IMG/VR virus record: IMGVR_UViG_3300032214_000566
Location: 1 to 64,000 of that record
DNA length: 64,000 nt
Strand: one strand, 5' to 3'
Source: a virus
A program made the translations under genes and the position numbers. Shown piece after piece: positions 7,528-17,154 of the stretch (position 1 is the first letter of the stretch; the number at the start of each line of letters is the position of its first letter). The notes beneath the pieces were generated by a model. It was given only the letters and a program-made list of their open reading frames with translations. It ran no database searches and was not told where the DNA came from.

Positions 7528-7674
7528 TTAATTTTTTTCTATGAATACACTTTTGGTACCATAAAAATCAGCTCGGATTTCAGCATACACCACACTTGGT
7601 GTGTAATACTTTCTCCCGTTTTGATCAACGTAATAGAAAATAAAATTTTCAATTACTTCAGTTCCTTCACTCAT
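7528..7674 (-). CDS. Small hypothetical protein (48 aa, MSEGTEVIENF...)
   Basis: Open frame read by eye; promoter TAGATTTG at 7737. Confidence 0.55.
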   Translation of the reverse strand: MSEGTEVIENFIFYYVDQNGRKYYTPSVVYAEIRADFYGTKSVFIEKN

Positions 7675-7852
7675 ATTTAGAGTTTTAAACGGTTAATAAA
7701 TAAGGTTAGTTATTAGGACGTTTCCTAATTGTTTAACAAATCTAATACTAATATTTCGATTTGTCAAATTTATAATAAAAAATTTGTTTGATTTTTTTGT
7801 TAATAGTAATAAATATACCGTAATACACCAAAAAACAAAGAAAAATTAAAAA

Positions 7853-10087
7853 TTAATTAAAAAAAGTATCAGTTAATTCATTATTAACGTCAATCTCATC
7901 TAATTTATCCTCTAACCATTCCGCAAATGATTCTTTGCTACTAAAAATTGTTTTTACGTCATCGTGTTTCTTAACCGGTATTTCAACAACCTTGGTTGCT
8001 CCATTCAAATAATGTGATCCACTATTTTTCTTACAGAATTTAACCTTACCGTTATCGCCAATTAAAATTAAATCATGTACAATACCATCACAATCAATAC
8101 CGTTACCAGGTACGATAATATATTCCATATCTTTAAATGGTGAGTAATCCCTATAACCATCAACATGTGGTATCATTTCTTCATCACCCACTTCTTCATT
8201 AATTTTACCACCCCAATTTTCTGAAGGTTGTTCTAAGTCAGGTTGTAATCTATAGTCAGTTGTTAACTCCTCACCCTCTTCTATGTCTCTAGAAGCAACT
8301 AAGAATCTTTGTTTACCGTCAACCAATTCATTGTGACAATTTGGATCATCGCTGTGATTATGTAGTTTACCAAGTTCCGTGAATTCGTACTTATTACCTA
8401 ACTCTATTATATTATGTAATAAACCAACAACATCACCCTTTTTCATTTTTTTATTGGCGAACACACCTTTTCCTTGTATTTTACTATCACCCACTAAATA
8501 TTTACCATCTTTTTTTACACTTTCAGTAACTGTTTGAGTGTTCGCAATTTCCGATTTTAAAACTTTAACAAATTCTTCCTGTATCGCTTTAGTTAATTGT
8601 ACATAACTTGTTATTTGTTCAGGATTAATCGCTTGTGGTTGTGCACCTTCTTTCTCTATCTGCTTCATAGCCGCAAGAATTTGTGGTTCAGATAGCCTTT
8701 TATACTTCGCCAATTTAGATTTAATATCGTTAACGAAGTTATTACTACCTTTATATTCACTAATCGCAGCTAACCTATTGTCATCATAAACAACCGGTTC
8801 CTCTTTTTTATTTCTATACAGGTAACTTATTCCTGAAATATTTGTAATACACTTATGTCCTCCAGAATTTGCTTGAATAACGTCCCACCCATTAACTGTA
8901 ATTCTATCTAATAAATCCTTTTGTTTTGTCGTTAGATTTCTATATAGTTTTTGAGATATGTTACCAATAATTGATAATAACTTTTCATCGGCGTTAACTT
9001 TAAAAGACTCTCTGTTACCATATATAGCAACTAAATCTTTCAATGTGAATCCAACTGATTCGTATTCCGCCTCAAATTCCGATACTCTTTTAAGTGTTCC
9101 AAAAGTAATTTTCATACCTTTTAAATCACTTTCAAATTTAGATAAAACAACATTCTTCATTTCACCTAAATCCACACCTTTTAATGCTCTATCCTCTTTA
9201 AAAGGATTACAAGATGCTTGGACTAAACCTAAAGGCCAAGCAATCACAATAAAGTCAGCATCAGGATTATTTTTAAATGGTGTGTACCTATCATAAGAAC
9301 CAGGTTTAATCATCGACCCACCACCATATTGTACAATGATATTACCCTCTAATCTTACATTTGGATTAACTTTTTGTTTTTCAATGTAATTAGCCTGATT
9401 TTGAACCAACTCTTCAGGTGTTGCATATCCTTTCGTTGATATTTGTTTTTTAATGTTATTTAAAATACTTAAAAGAGATGGTTGAGCACCTAATACAATT
9501 TGTTCTAAAAATTCAGGTTTGTTTTTAAATGCCAATAATAATTTATTGGTAACCAATCCCATTACAAACTTATTATCTCTTAAACTACTATCTTTATCAA
9601 AATTAAGTAGGTAATTCATTACCATTTCAGGTGTGATCTTATTTACTGCAAAATTAGCAGAGTCGACAGTTGATATAATATTAATGTCTTCTGTTGGGAA
9701 TATCTCTTTTGGTGAAACCACTTGTGATATTGTTTCGACATTGGATCTAGATGGTCTAAAGTTTGTTGAGGTCTCGGGCTCAACACCTGCTTGTGTGTCG
9801 TGGTGGTCTGTATGAATAACAAACATCGGTTTTCCATGTGCAAAATCAACAAGAACCGGCATCACATCACCACTAGCATCTGGTTTTTTAATTGAGAACT
9901 CCTTATCTCCGTATTGGATTATTTCGGCATCTACTACTTTAATACCATAATTTTCTAAATAATTTTTCATACCAATAGCGGTAGTAACACCGTCTAAATC
10001 TTGGTGGAAATAAATTTTAGCTTTTTTATATCTTTTAGCAAGTTCGTTAATATTCCTTATACCCGACTCGTTTAATAATTTTCTCAT
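7853..10087 (-). CDS. DHH-family phosphoesterase fused to a SET-domain (lysine methyltransferase) module and a further C-terminal domain
   Basis: HQDLDG, VDF, TDHH and GGH (DHH/DHHA1); SKIQGKGVFA...NHSDDPNC...RDIEEGEELTTDY (SET); start moved to MRKLLNES. Confidence 0.85.
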   Translation of the reverse strand: MRKLLNESGIRNINELAKRYKKAKIYFHQDLDGVTTAIGMKNYLENYGIKVVDAEIIQYGDKEFSIKKPDASGDVMPVLVDFAHGKPMFVIHTDHHDTQAGVEPETSTNFRPSRSNVETISQVVSPKEIFPTEDINIISTVDSANFAVNKITPEMVMNYLLNFDKDSSLRDNKFVMGLVTNKLLLAFKNKPEFLEQIVLGAQPSLLSILNNIKKQISTKGYATPEELVQNQANYIEKQKVNPNVRLEGNIIVQYGGGSMIKPGSYDRYTPFKNNPDADFIVIAWPLGLVQASCNPFKEDRALKGVDLGEMKNVVLSKFESDLKGMKITFGTLKRVSEFEAEYESVGFTLKDLVAIYGNRESFKVNADEKLLSIIGNISQKLYRNLTTKQKDLLDRITVNGWDVIQANSGGHKCITNISGISYLYRNKKEEPVVYDDNRLAAISEYKGSNNFVNDIKSKLAKYKRLSEPQILAAMKQIEKEGAQPQAINPEQITSYVQLTKAIQEEFVKVLKSEIANTQTVTESVKKDGKYLVGDSKIQGKGVFANKKMKKGDVVGLLHNIIELGNKYEFTELGKLHNHSDDPNCHNELVDGKQRFLVASRDIEEGEELTTDYRLQPDLEQPSENWGGKINEEVGDEEMIPHVDGYRDYSPFKDMEYIIVPGNGIDCDGIVHDLILIGDNGKVKFCKKNSGSHYLNGATKVVEIPVKKHDDVKTIFSSKESFAEWLEDKLDEIDVNNELTDTFFN

Positions 10088-10123
10088 ATTAATAAATACA
10101 ACCACATAATAAAAAATCCCACA

Positions 10124-10972
10124 TTACTGTGGGATTTCATTTATCACCTCTAAAGTCTTAAAGTATTCAATTCTACTTTCAGCGATTTGTTTATAATTAG
10201 GACTTAATTCAATACCTAACCATCTACGTTCAAGCATTTGTGCCGCCACTAAACTTGTTCCACTACCAGCAAATGGGTCTAAAACTACATCGTTCTTGTA
10301 GGATAATATTTTAATCGCCTTGGTGGGGATGTCCATCGAGAACGTTGCCTTGGTGAGTGATTTAGTATCTGCAAAGTAATTCCACTGGCCAAACACAAGT
10401 TCCATAAACTCTTTCTTATCAGTCTCTTCATAAACTATTTTTTTCTTTAATGTCCCATCTTCCTGTTCAATGTCGGTTGGAACTCCTAACCACTGTGGTT
10501 CTCCTTTAACTTTTTTAATATGATGTTTTTTATAAGCTAAAATCACACATTCTTTTGGGTTATAGATATATGGGCTAGATGGTGACATCCATGAACCCCA
10601 CGCGGTTGTTTTACTTCTATGTGGTGATTGTTCTTCGAGGTCAACGATACCAAAGAATCCATACCCAATCTCTTTCATAATTTGCCACATTTCAGAGACA
10701 AAGAAAATTCTTCCTCCCTTTTTTTGTCTGTTAATCTCATAAGGAATGTTAAGGGCAATTCTACCATCATCCTTTAATAATCTATATGCTTCACTTAACC
10801 AATTTTTGGCAAACTCCACATACTCGCTGAATTCAACGTCATCTTCGTGAACATCGTAAGCTATTCCTACACCATAAGGTGGTGATGTAACTATTAGGTC
10901 CACAGATCCTTCCGGTAATGTTTTCATTACTTCAGTACAATCTCCATTTATTATTTTTCCTGTTTCTATCAT
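10124..10972 (-). CDS. DNA methyltransferase, N4-C/N6-A beta class
   Basis: VTSPPY catalytic motif, then VLDPFAGSGT SAM-binding motif. Confidence 0.92.
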   Translation of the reverse strand: MIETGKIINGDCTEVMKTLPEGSVDLIVTSPPYGVGIAYDVHEDDVEFSEYVEFAKNWLSEAYRLLKDDGRIALNIPYEINRQKKGGRIFFVSEMWQIMKEIGYGFFGIVDLEEQSPHRSKTTAWGSWMSPSSPYIYNPKECVILAYKKHHIKKVKGEPQWLGVPTDIEQEDGTLKKKIVYEETDKKEFMELVFGQWNYFADTKSLTKATFSMDIPTKAIKILSYKNDVVLDPFAGSGTSLVAAQMLERRWLGIELSPNYKQIAESRIEYFKTLEVINEIPQ

Positions 10973-10983
10973 TTCCTAATTAA

Positions 10984-11190
10984 TTACGCTATTGTTTCTA
11001 AATAATCCCACACTTCATTTGAAAACTCTTCAAACATGTCTCCATCCTCATCATTTGATAAATCAACAATGAATTCATCGACACAAAAGTCTACAATTAT
11101 TTCGTGAACTTCACCTAATGTTTGTTCGTCATTTTTTAACCCCTCATACTGATTAAGGATTTGATTTTTTTGTTCTTCCGTTAATTTCAT
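10984..11190 (-). CDS. Small acidic hypothetical protein
   Basis: ORF in a tightly packed operon. Confidence 0.65.
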   Translation of the reverse strand: MKLTEEQKNQILNQYEGLKNDEQTLGEVHEIIVDFCVDEFIVDLSNDEDGDMFEEFSNEVWDYLETIA

Positions 11191-11402
11191 TTTTTATAAT
11201 TAATTTTTGTTTTATTTCCCTCCAAATTTGAATATGCATCACAATTTGAATTTTTTTTGGTTTTACAACTAAATAAAGACATTAATAAACTAATTAAAAT
11301 AGCAATAACTATAGTTTTCATTGTATACATAAAAATTTTATTGTTTCTTTCAACCTGTTGTTTTGACCTACCTTGGTAGTCGTCTTGATTCCATTCTTCC
11401 AT
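11187..11402 (-). CDS. Small membrane or lipoprotein-like protein
   Basis: Hydrophobic helix ending in LFSC (lipobox-like). Confidence 0.6.
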   Translation of the reverse strand: MEEWNQDDYQGRSKQQVERNNKIFMYTMKTIVIAILISLLMSLFSCKTKKNSNCDAYSNLEGNKTKINYKK

Positions 11403-11404
11403 AG

Positions 11405-11800
11405 TTAAATTGCCTGTGCTATTATTTGTGCTAATTTATACCCTGTGAATGCACCTATTGCTGCCGAACCCGGTAAAACAATAAATTTACCCAACATAGT
11501 TTCATACTTCTTCCTATTAACAATATAAGAAATTAATATATAATAGACAATATAGTTCATTAAAACTAAAAAGTCTAGTTCTTTTGCGGCAAAAACAACT
11601 ATTGAATTGCCGAGAAACCCCCACATAAAGTTAATGAAGGTTTCACGGATTAATTCGTTTGGCGTTGTAATCGCGTCTAATACGTTTATTTCCTTATCTA
11701 ATCCTGTTTTACTTTTCAAGGGTTTCGATGTGGTGTTGGAGGTACCAGAGTGCCTTTCTGAGGTCTTCAAGCTCCTTGTCTTTTCCTTTTTTTCCTGCAC
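11405..11800 (-). CDS. Hypothetical membrane protein (true start probably near 11720)
   Basis: Three hydrophobic segments; the 5' part overlaps the DUF3310 gene. Confidence 0.6.
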   Translation of the reverse strand: MQEKKEKTRSLKTSERHSGTSNTTSKPLKSKTGLDKEINVLDAITTPNELIRETFINFMWGFLGNSIVVFAAKELDFLVLMNYIVYYILISYIVNRKKYETMLGKFIVLPGSAAIGAFTGYKLAQIIAQAI

Positions 11801-11921
11801 GTGATATATATTTTACTGTGTTTCCTAAACTAAATCCTAACTCCCAAGCATCAATTACTTTGATTGCTTCATATGGATTATCTTGCCCACCATAATGTTG
11901 TGGATGATTAACTTGTTCCAT
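11709..11921 (-). CDS. DUF3310 family protein
   Basis: VNHPQHY...EAIKVI...GNTVKYISRAGKK...EDLRKALWYL. Confidence 0.9.
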   Translation of the reverse strand: MEQVNHPQHYGGQDNPYEAIKVIDAWELGFSLGNTVKYISRAGKKGKDKELEDLRKALWYLQHHIETLEK

Positions 11922-13051
11922 TATTCTTCTCTATATTCTTTTAATAATTCATCATTAGAAATTGTTCTGTATTTTTCACTTAATCCTGACACATTTACAT
12001 TAGAATTCATATTCATCTTAATTTCTAATATTTCTTCAGCAGTATCCAATGATTTTGAAACTTCTTTAATGATTTTATATGGATCTGCGTTCGAACCCGG
12101 TCTTCTATCTTCAACATAACCTTTCCATTCTTTTGCCGTGTCCTGTGGAACTCTGATGGATGCTCCCCTATCAGATACACCCCAACTGAATTTATCGATA
12201 GATTGTGTCTCAAACCCACCAGTCAATCTTAAATGATTGTTTGACCCATATGCGTTTATGTGTTCTTCATGTCTTGATGCGAATGAATTAAAAATCGCCA
12301 TGAAATAATCGTACCCACCTTTGTCTCTCATTTTATCGTTTGAGAAGTTGGCATGTAATCCTGAACCATTCCATTCTCCGTGGGTAAGTGGTTTAGGGTG
12401 TAAATCGATATGGTAGTTATAGTTCTCTGAAATCTTGTACAAGAAATATCTACTCATCCATAGATCATCACCACCTTTTAATTTACCTTTTGAAAACACT
12501 TGGTATTCCCACTGACCTAATGCAACTTCCGCATTTGTTCCTGTGATATCAATACCATATTCCAAACACATATTTAAATGGTCTTCAACAAAATTACGAC
12601 CAACAACATTATGACCTACACCACAGTAATACTCACCTTGACCTTTAAGGATGTTTCTTTTGTGTCCTAAAATACCTCCGTTAATTTCTTCACGGATAAA
12701 ATACTCTTGTTCAAAACCAAACCAAAGACCTTCTTCTTCTTCATTTAATTTTGCCCTCATGTTAGATTCATGTGGTTTACCATCTGAATCCATAACCTCA
12801 CATAAAACATACACGGTACTGTTATGTAATGGGAATCCTTCTTTTGTGTAAACTCTAACTGGTTTTAATATTCTATCGGAATTTCCAGTATCTGCCTGAT
12901 TTGTTGATGACCCATCAAAATTCCAAACCGGTAACTTACAATCCTGTACTCTGTTTTTTATTGATTCGTAGTCTACGATCTTAACTTTACTTCTTAAATT
13001 TGGTTCAGGCTTATATCCATCAAGCCAAACATACTCTAACTTAACTTTCAT
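11921..13051 (-). CDS. glnII: Glutamine synthetase type II
   Basis: LEYVWLDG, WNFDGSST, FGFEQEY, NAEVALGQWEYQ, WNGSGLHANFS, RGASIRVP, EDRRPGSNADPY. Confidence 0.95.
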   Translation of the reverse strand: MKVKLEYVWLDGYKPEPNLRSKVKIVDYESIKNRVQDCKLPVWNFDGSSTNQADTGNSDRILKPVRVYTKEGFPLHNSTVYVLCEVMDSDGKPHESNMRAKLNEEEEGLWFGFEQEYFIREEINGGILGHKRNILKGQGEYYCGVGHNVVGRNFVEDHLNMCLEYGIDITGTNAEVALGQWEYQVFSKGKLKGGDDLWMSRYFLYKISENYNYHIDLHPKPLTHGEWNGSGLHANFSNDKMRDKGGYDYFMAIFNSFASRHEEHINAYGSNNHLRLTGGFETQSIDKFSWGVSDRGASIRVPQDTAKEWKGYVEDRRPGSNADPYKIIKEVSKSLDTAEEILEIKMNMNSNVNVSGLSEKYRTISNDELLKEYREE

Positions 13052-13230
13052 TTGTTTTCTATTATATATTGGATTATTTGTTCCTTAGGTTTTCCTTGAT
13101 TGTATAGACGGTAAACGTCTCTTGAGAATTGGTCAGTGGTCAAGACAGCATCAGCATCAAGGTAATCCATGATTCTATCTACGTTTTTAAGTATGTGTTC
13201 TTTACAAAGAAACCTTTTGTTGAACCCCAT
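13048..13230 (-). CDS. Small hypothetical protein (MGFNKRF...)
   Basis: ORF coupled to the glnII start. Confidence 0.6.
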   Translation of the reverse strand: MGFNKRFLCKEHILKNVDRIMDYLDADAVLTTDQFSRDVYRLYNQGKPKEQIIQYIIENK

Positions 13231-13351
13231 TTTTCTCTTCTTTAATTTTTTTTACTCCGTTAATAAACTCTCTAACTTTTTTACCTAACTCCATATCGTT
13301 TGGATATTCTTTTATCAGGTCTTTTATTACTTGGTATACGTCTAATTCCAT
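13202..13351 (-). CDS. Small hypothetical protein (YPNDMELGKKVR motif)
   Basis: Open frame read by eye. Confidence 0.55.
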   Translation of the reverse strand: MELDVYQVIKDLIKEYPNDMELGKKVREFINGVKKIKEEKNGVQQKVSL

Positions 13352-13371
13352 AATATTTAAAAATTAATTAT

Positions 13372-14121
13372 TTAATACTTCTTTGTCAAATTTTTATTCT
13401 TAATTAATTTAGATTGAGCCATATAATTCATCACTTTTCTTTTAGCAAGTGGTAAAATGGTTTCTTTAAATGGAAATTGTTCTGTGTGGTGAATTTTAAA
13501 TACTATTAAATTTTTATGTACTTCAGTATCATTTATATTTTTTATCAATGGTCTTTTAACATTTAAAAGTTTTTCTTCAAACTCATATTCTTCACATTCA
13601 CATATTTTTTTAATTGAGCATTTTGTTTCAACAACCCCCTTTTTAATCGGTTTAATAATAAATTCATAAAGGTGAGTCTTTTCATTATTTTTGATAAAAA
13701 ATAATCCTTGTTTTGGTTCTACATTTTTAGAATTTTGTATAGGTTCGATAGAAATCGAGTCGTTAGCAACATCCCATAATGCCTTTGCTTGGTTAAAAAA
13801 ATCTTTGATTTTATCGGTAGAATATAAACAAACTTTATAAATTTCTAATATTTCTTCTTGAGTAAATAATGGTAAATTATTAGCCATTAAATCTGATATT
13901 AATATCTCATCGTCAGGTTCTTTAAGAACTCTGTTAAGGGTTAAGTATTGTCCTTTTTCGGTAATTAACCCAATACTTGCTAAGTGTAAAGAAATTTGTT
14001 GGAAATTGGGGTATAACTTCAAATTTTGAAGTTGTTTATCCATTTTTTGTAAGAAATCTAAAAGTACGTATTGTTTATGTTCAAAATCAATAGGTTCTTG
14101 GAATACCCAATCAGTGTTCAT
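13372..14121 (-). CDS. Conserved hypothetical protein resembling a Bacteroidota cellular family (IDFEHKQYVLL...KLYP...ETILPLAKR)
   Basis: Motif recall only. Confidence 0.6.
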   Translation of the reverse strand: MNTDWVFQEPIDFEHKQYVLLDFLQKMDKQLQNLKLYPNFQQISLHLASIGLITEKGQYLTLNRVLKEPDDEILISDLMANNLPLFTQEEILEIYKVCLYSTDKIKDFFNQAKALWDVANDSISIEPIQNSKNVEPKQGLFFIKNNEKTHLYEFIIKPIKKGVVETKCSIKKICECEEYEFEEKLLNVKRPLIKNINDTEVHKNLIVFKIHHTEQFPFKETILPLAKRKVMNYMAQSKLIKNKNLTKKY

Positions 14122-14169
14122 TAATGTTTTTAAATAAAAATAAGGACTTTTTATAAAAGTGTAAATAAA

Positions 14170-15336
14170 TTAGTTGTATCTCATTACGTGATACCATACC
14201 CCATTTACCTTATATTCACTCATTGACCCGTCATAACTACCAAGTATTTCGCCAGGTTCAGCATTATTTGATAACTCCTCGATGACTGCCTCCATATCAA
14301 TAAAATCCATAATGAATTTATCATCAAATCCCATATCTTTTAACCAACTAGAAAAATTATAAGAAGCGTCGTTAACCAATACCTTTACTGTGTTGTCTAT
14401 CTCCTCATCACTATAATAACCTTGAGGGTCGTCTGTTATGTCTTCAATAAGGGTGTCTAAATCATCTATTTCTGATTCAATTTCCCTACGTTGGTCATCG
14501 GGAAGAGTTTCATTTTTTAATCTATAGGTTAGTTTATCGATTTTTGTTTTATAAATTTGTACGTATTTTTCTTGTTGGCTAGATAATTCTTTTGTAACAT
14601 CATAACTTTCTGGATCCCCTCCAACCACATCGTAATAAAAATCGTATAACCATCTCTCAACATAATCTTCATTTAAATTATTTTCAAAGACATACTCGGG
14701 AGCAACCTCATACCCAAGATCATCTATTTGACCCTCTATTGCTTCTCTTACTGCAGTATCTAACTGGTCACTACTATAAACAACATATTCTTGTTTATAA
14801 CTATCGTCACCTAACCACGTAAACATAGACCCACCATAATGACTATAAGGCTCCATAAATAAAAAATATTTATCTTCTATTTTTTCTTCACCATTTTCAT
14901 CTTCATATACTTGTGGGATATCTTCATCGACTAAATAATCATAAACGGCTTCACTTTCGTTCCCATCTTTAGTGTTTTTAGTTACATCCCATGCGTTGGT
15001 TTGTCTTAATCCGTCAAGTTCGTTTAATTTTTTTTGTGTTTTTTTCTTTTCTTCTATGGTATGCATAAAACTACCATGATAATTAAATCTACCACTAACT
15101 TTCTCTTGGTCAAAATAATCAACTGATGACCATGAAATGTCTAAATTACCATTAACATATGAAATGACATTTAAATTTTTAATGTCTTTAGCCCCATTTA
15201 AATTTAAATCACCATCAATGATAATTTGTTTACCTCGATATTGTGGGAATTTTAAAATGGCCGCAACATCACCGTTAGCATATTTTAACAAATCAATAAA
15301 CTCTTCCGGTTCTATTTTTACACTATTTTCATCCAT
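14170..15336 (-). CDS. Acidic hypothetical protein with short LRR-like N-terminal repeats
   Basis: IDGDLNL...VNGNLDIS repeats; TATTTATA upstream. Confidence 0.7.
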   Translation of the reverse strand: MDENSVKIEPEEFIDLLKYANGDVAAILKFPQYRGKQIIIDGDLNLNGAKDIKNLNVISYVNGNLDISWSSVDYFDQEKVSGRFNYHGSFMHTIEEKKKTQKKLNELDGLRQTNAWDVTKNTKDGNESEAVYDYLVDEDIPQVYEDENGEEKIEDKYFLFMEPYSHYGGSMFTWLGDDSYKQEYVVYSSDQLDTAVREAIEGQIDDLGYEVAPEYVFENNLNEDYVERWLYDFYYDVVGGDPESYDVTKELSSQQEKYVQIYKTKIDKLTYRLKNETLPDDQRREIESEIDDLDTLIEDITDDPQGYYSDEEIDNTVKVLVNDASYNFSSWLKDMGFDDKFIMDFIDMEAVIEELSNNAEPGEILGSYDGSMSEYKVNGVWYHVMRYN

Positions 15337-15441
15337 ATTTTATAAATATCCCAAATTAACAATTGATTATTATAAATACACTAATAAAATTGATATTATA
15401 AAATATTTATATAACAAATAAACTTATTAAAACTTTCTATC

Positions 15442-15573
15442 ATGGGATGCGGATGTAAAAAAAACCAAGCGCCACAACAACCACCACAAGAACAACCACA
15501 AACACAACAAGTTAATGAGTCAGTTAAAACTGCGGTAACTAAAATTGTTGAAAAATATTACAGCAAAAAGTAA
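15442..15573 (+). CDS. Small MGCGCK-motif protein (43 aa)
   Basis: MGCGCKKNQAPQQ...VNESVK; TATTTATA at 15404-15411. Confidence 0.65.
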   Translation: MGCGCKKNQAPQQPPQEQPQTQQVNESVKTAVTKIVEKYYSKK

Positions 15574-15640
15574 TAACTATTTAACCTATTTTTTATTTTA
15601 ATTAAGATTAATAAAAATAAACTTAATTAAAAAAATTCGT

Positions 15641-16528
15641 ATGGTTACATCTGAGGTTTACAATTTTCTTGACGGAAAAAACCTATGTAATATTTTTGCA
15701 ACTATTATTGTAAATAAAATCAATGAAACATTTCCTAACGCTAAGACAGAAATCACTGTAATTAACGTTAGGAATTTTTTTATTATAAAAGGTAGAACTA
15801 ATTCTGACCAAGTATTAATAATTTCCGATTTATTTCAGGAATTTACAAATAAATACAATGAGGAATTATCTAACACAATTAGAGTTATTGATACCATTCT
15901 TTATAATGTGGAATTTACTCCATCACCAATAAACATTTCATATGATTCTAATAAGAAAATATTTAAAGAAGAATTAATAAGTCAAAATTTCGTTAATTCA
16001 CATATTAAAGATAATTTATATTTTAATTTAAAAATTGAAGGTTCGAGTAATTTAATTTATTTTGATTGTTCAACTGAAGATACGAATAAAGTATTTTCAA
16101 TTTTAGAATCCAAATACCCTGAATATCATGTAGTAAAGAGTGACTTTTCTCAGGAAATTTATGTCTCAGACAGATATTATGGTTTATCAAATCATGGTGA
16201 GAAATTATACCATATATTATTAAGATACATAACACATCACCTTTTCACTTTAGGGATTAGCAAAGAATTAAATATTAAATTAATGTCTTCAGTTAAAATA
16301 GAAGACATGGATAATAATAATACGGAATTTATTATAACTAATGATAACCATATGGTTAAGACCGAATGGTTGGAGTCTTTAATATTAGATATATTCCCAT
16401 TTACACAAGAAGAACTTAAAGAATCGTTTGACTTAAGTTCGTATAACCCTATAGATGAGATAATATTATCTGAAAATATTTTACCTTGGGAAAAGTTAGA
16501 CAGAGTTAAAGATATAGTATTAATCTAA
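15641..16528 (+). CDS. Hypothetical protein, possibly a degenerate S-adenosylmethionine synthetase (MetK)-like fold
   Basis: N-terminal helix/strand pattern parallels the MetK N-domain, but the GHPDK catalytic motif is absent. Confidence 0.45.
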   Translation: MVTSEVYNFLDGKNLCNIFATIIVNKINETFPNAKTEITVINVRNFFIIKGRTNSDQVLIISDLFQEFTNKYNEELSNTIRVIDTILYNVEFTPSPINISYDSNKKIFKEELISQNFVNSHIKDNLYFNLKIEGSSNLIYFDCSTEDTNKVFSILESKYPEYHVVKSDFSQEIYVSDRYYGLSNHGEKLYHILLRYITHHLFTLGISKELNIKLMSSVKIEDMDNNNTEFIITNDNHMVKTEWLESLILDIFPFTQEELKESFDLSSYNPIDEIILSENILPWEKLDRVKDIVLI

Positions 16529-16807
16529 CAAATAAGACTTAACCATTTCCACACCTTCATAAATGTCTTGAAAATCTCTGTCAGGGGCGAGTAACTTAAT
16601 GTTACTCGTCTTTTCATTTTTATCTATAGTTAATAACATCATAGCAGGAATAAATTCATTTTCAGTCAACTCAACAAATTGATTATATTCTTCCTCATTT
16701 TCATGGATATCTCTTTCGATGTAATCTATATTATTTTTTTTAAATTCTTCTTTAATTGAAGTACAGAAAGGACATCCCTTCATCGTAAAAAGTACTGTTA
16801 CTTTCAT
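16520..16807 (-). CDS. Glutaredoxin/NrdH-like protein
   Basis: FTMKGCPFC CxxC motif; cis-Pro FIP. Confidence 0.85.
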   Translation of the reverse strand: MKVTVLFTMKGCPFCTSIKEEFKKNNIDYIERDIHENEEEYNQFVELTENEFIPAMMLLTIDKNEKTSNIKLLAPDRDFQDIYEGVEMVKSYLLD

Positions 16808-17145
16808 ATTTTATCTATTGTGTAAAATTTATTTAATCCGGATAATAATAATTTTATACTATCCACATCCAATGTTAAAATAAATAGTTTATATGAGGTT
16901 TCATTTACTATTTTTTCAAAATACACCAAAACCTCATTACCACCCCATTTTACAGTTCCGGAAATGTAATTAAATTCACCATCATAAATGGTTGATGACC
17001 AAAGTACTTTATTCTTAGTAATTAAAATGTTTAAACCATCTTTTGTAATGTTTCTAGTTCTAATAATGTTCGGATATATTTCCGTTTTAAAATTGTTTTT
17101 AAAAGTATTAAAAACGTGGTCAGGTATTATTTTATCTTTATCCAT
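16804..17145 (-). CDS. Hypothetical protein
   Basis: ORF within an operon. Confidence 0.6.
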   Translation of the reverse strand: MDKDKIIPDHVFNTFKNNFKTEIYPNIIRTRNITKDGLNILITKNKVLWSSTIYDGEFNYISGTVKWGGNEVLVYFEKIVNETSYKLFILTLDVDSIKLLLSGLNKFYTIDKI

Positions 17146-17154
17146 ATTATATAA

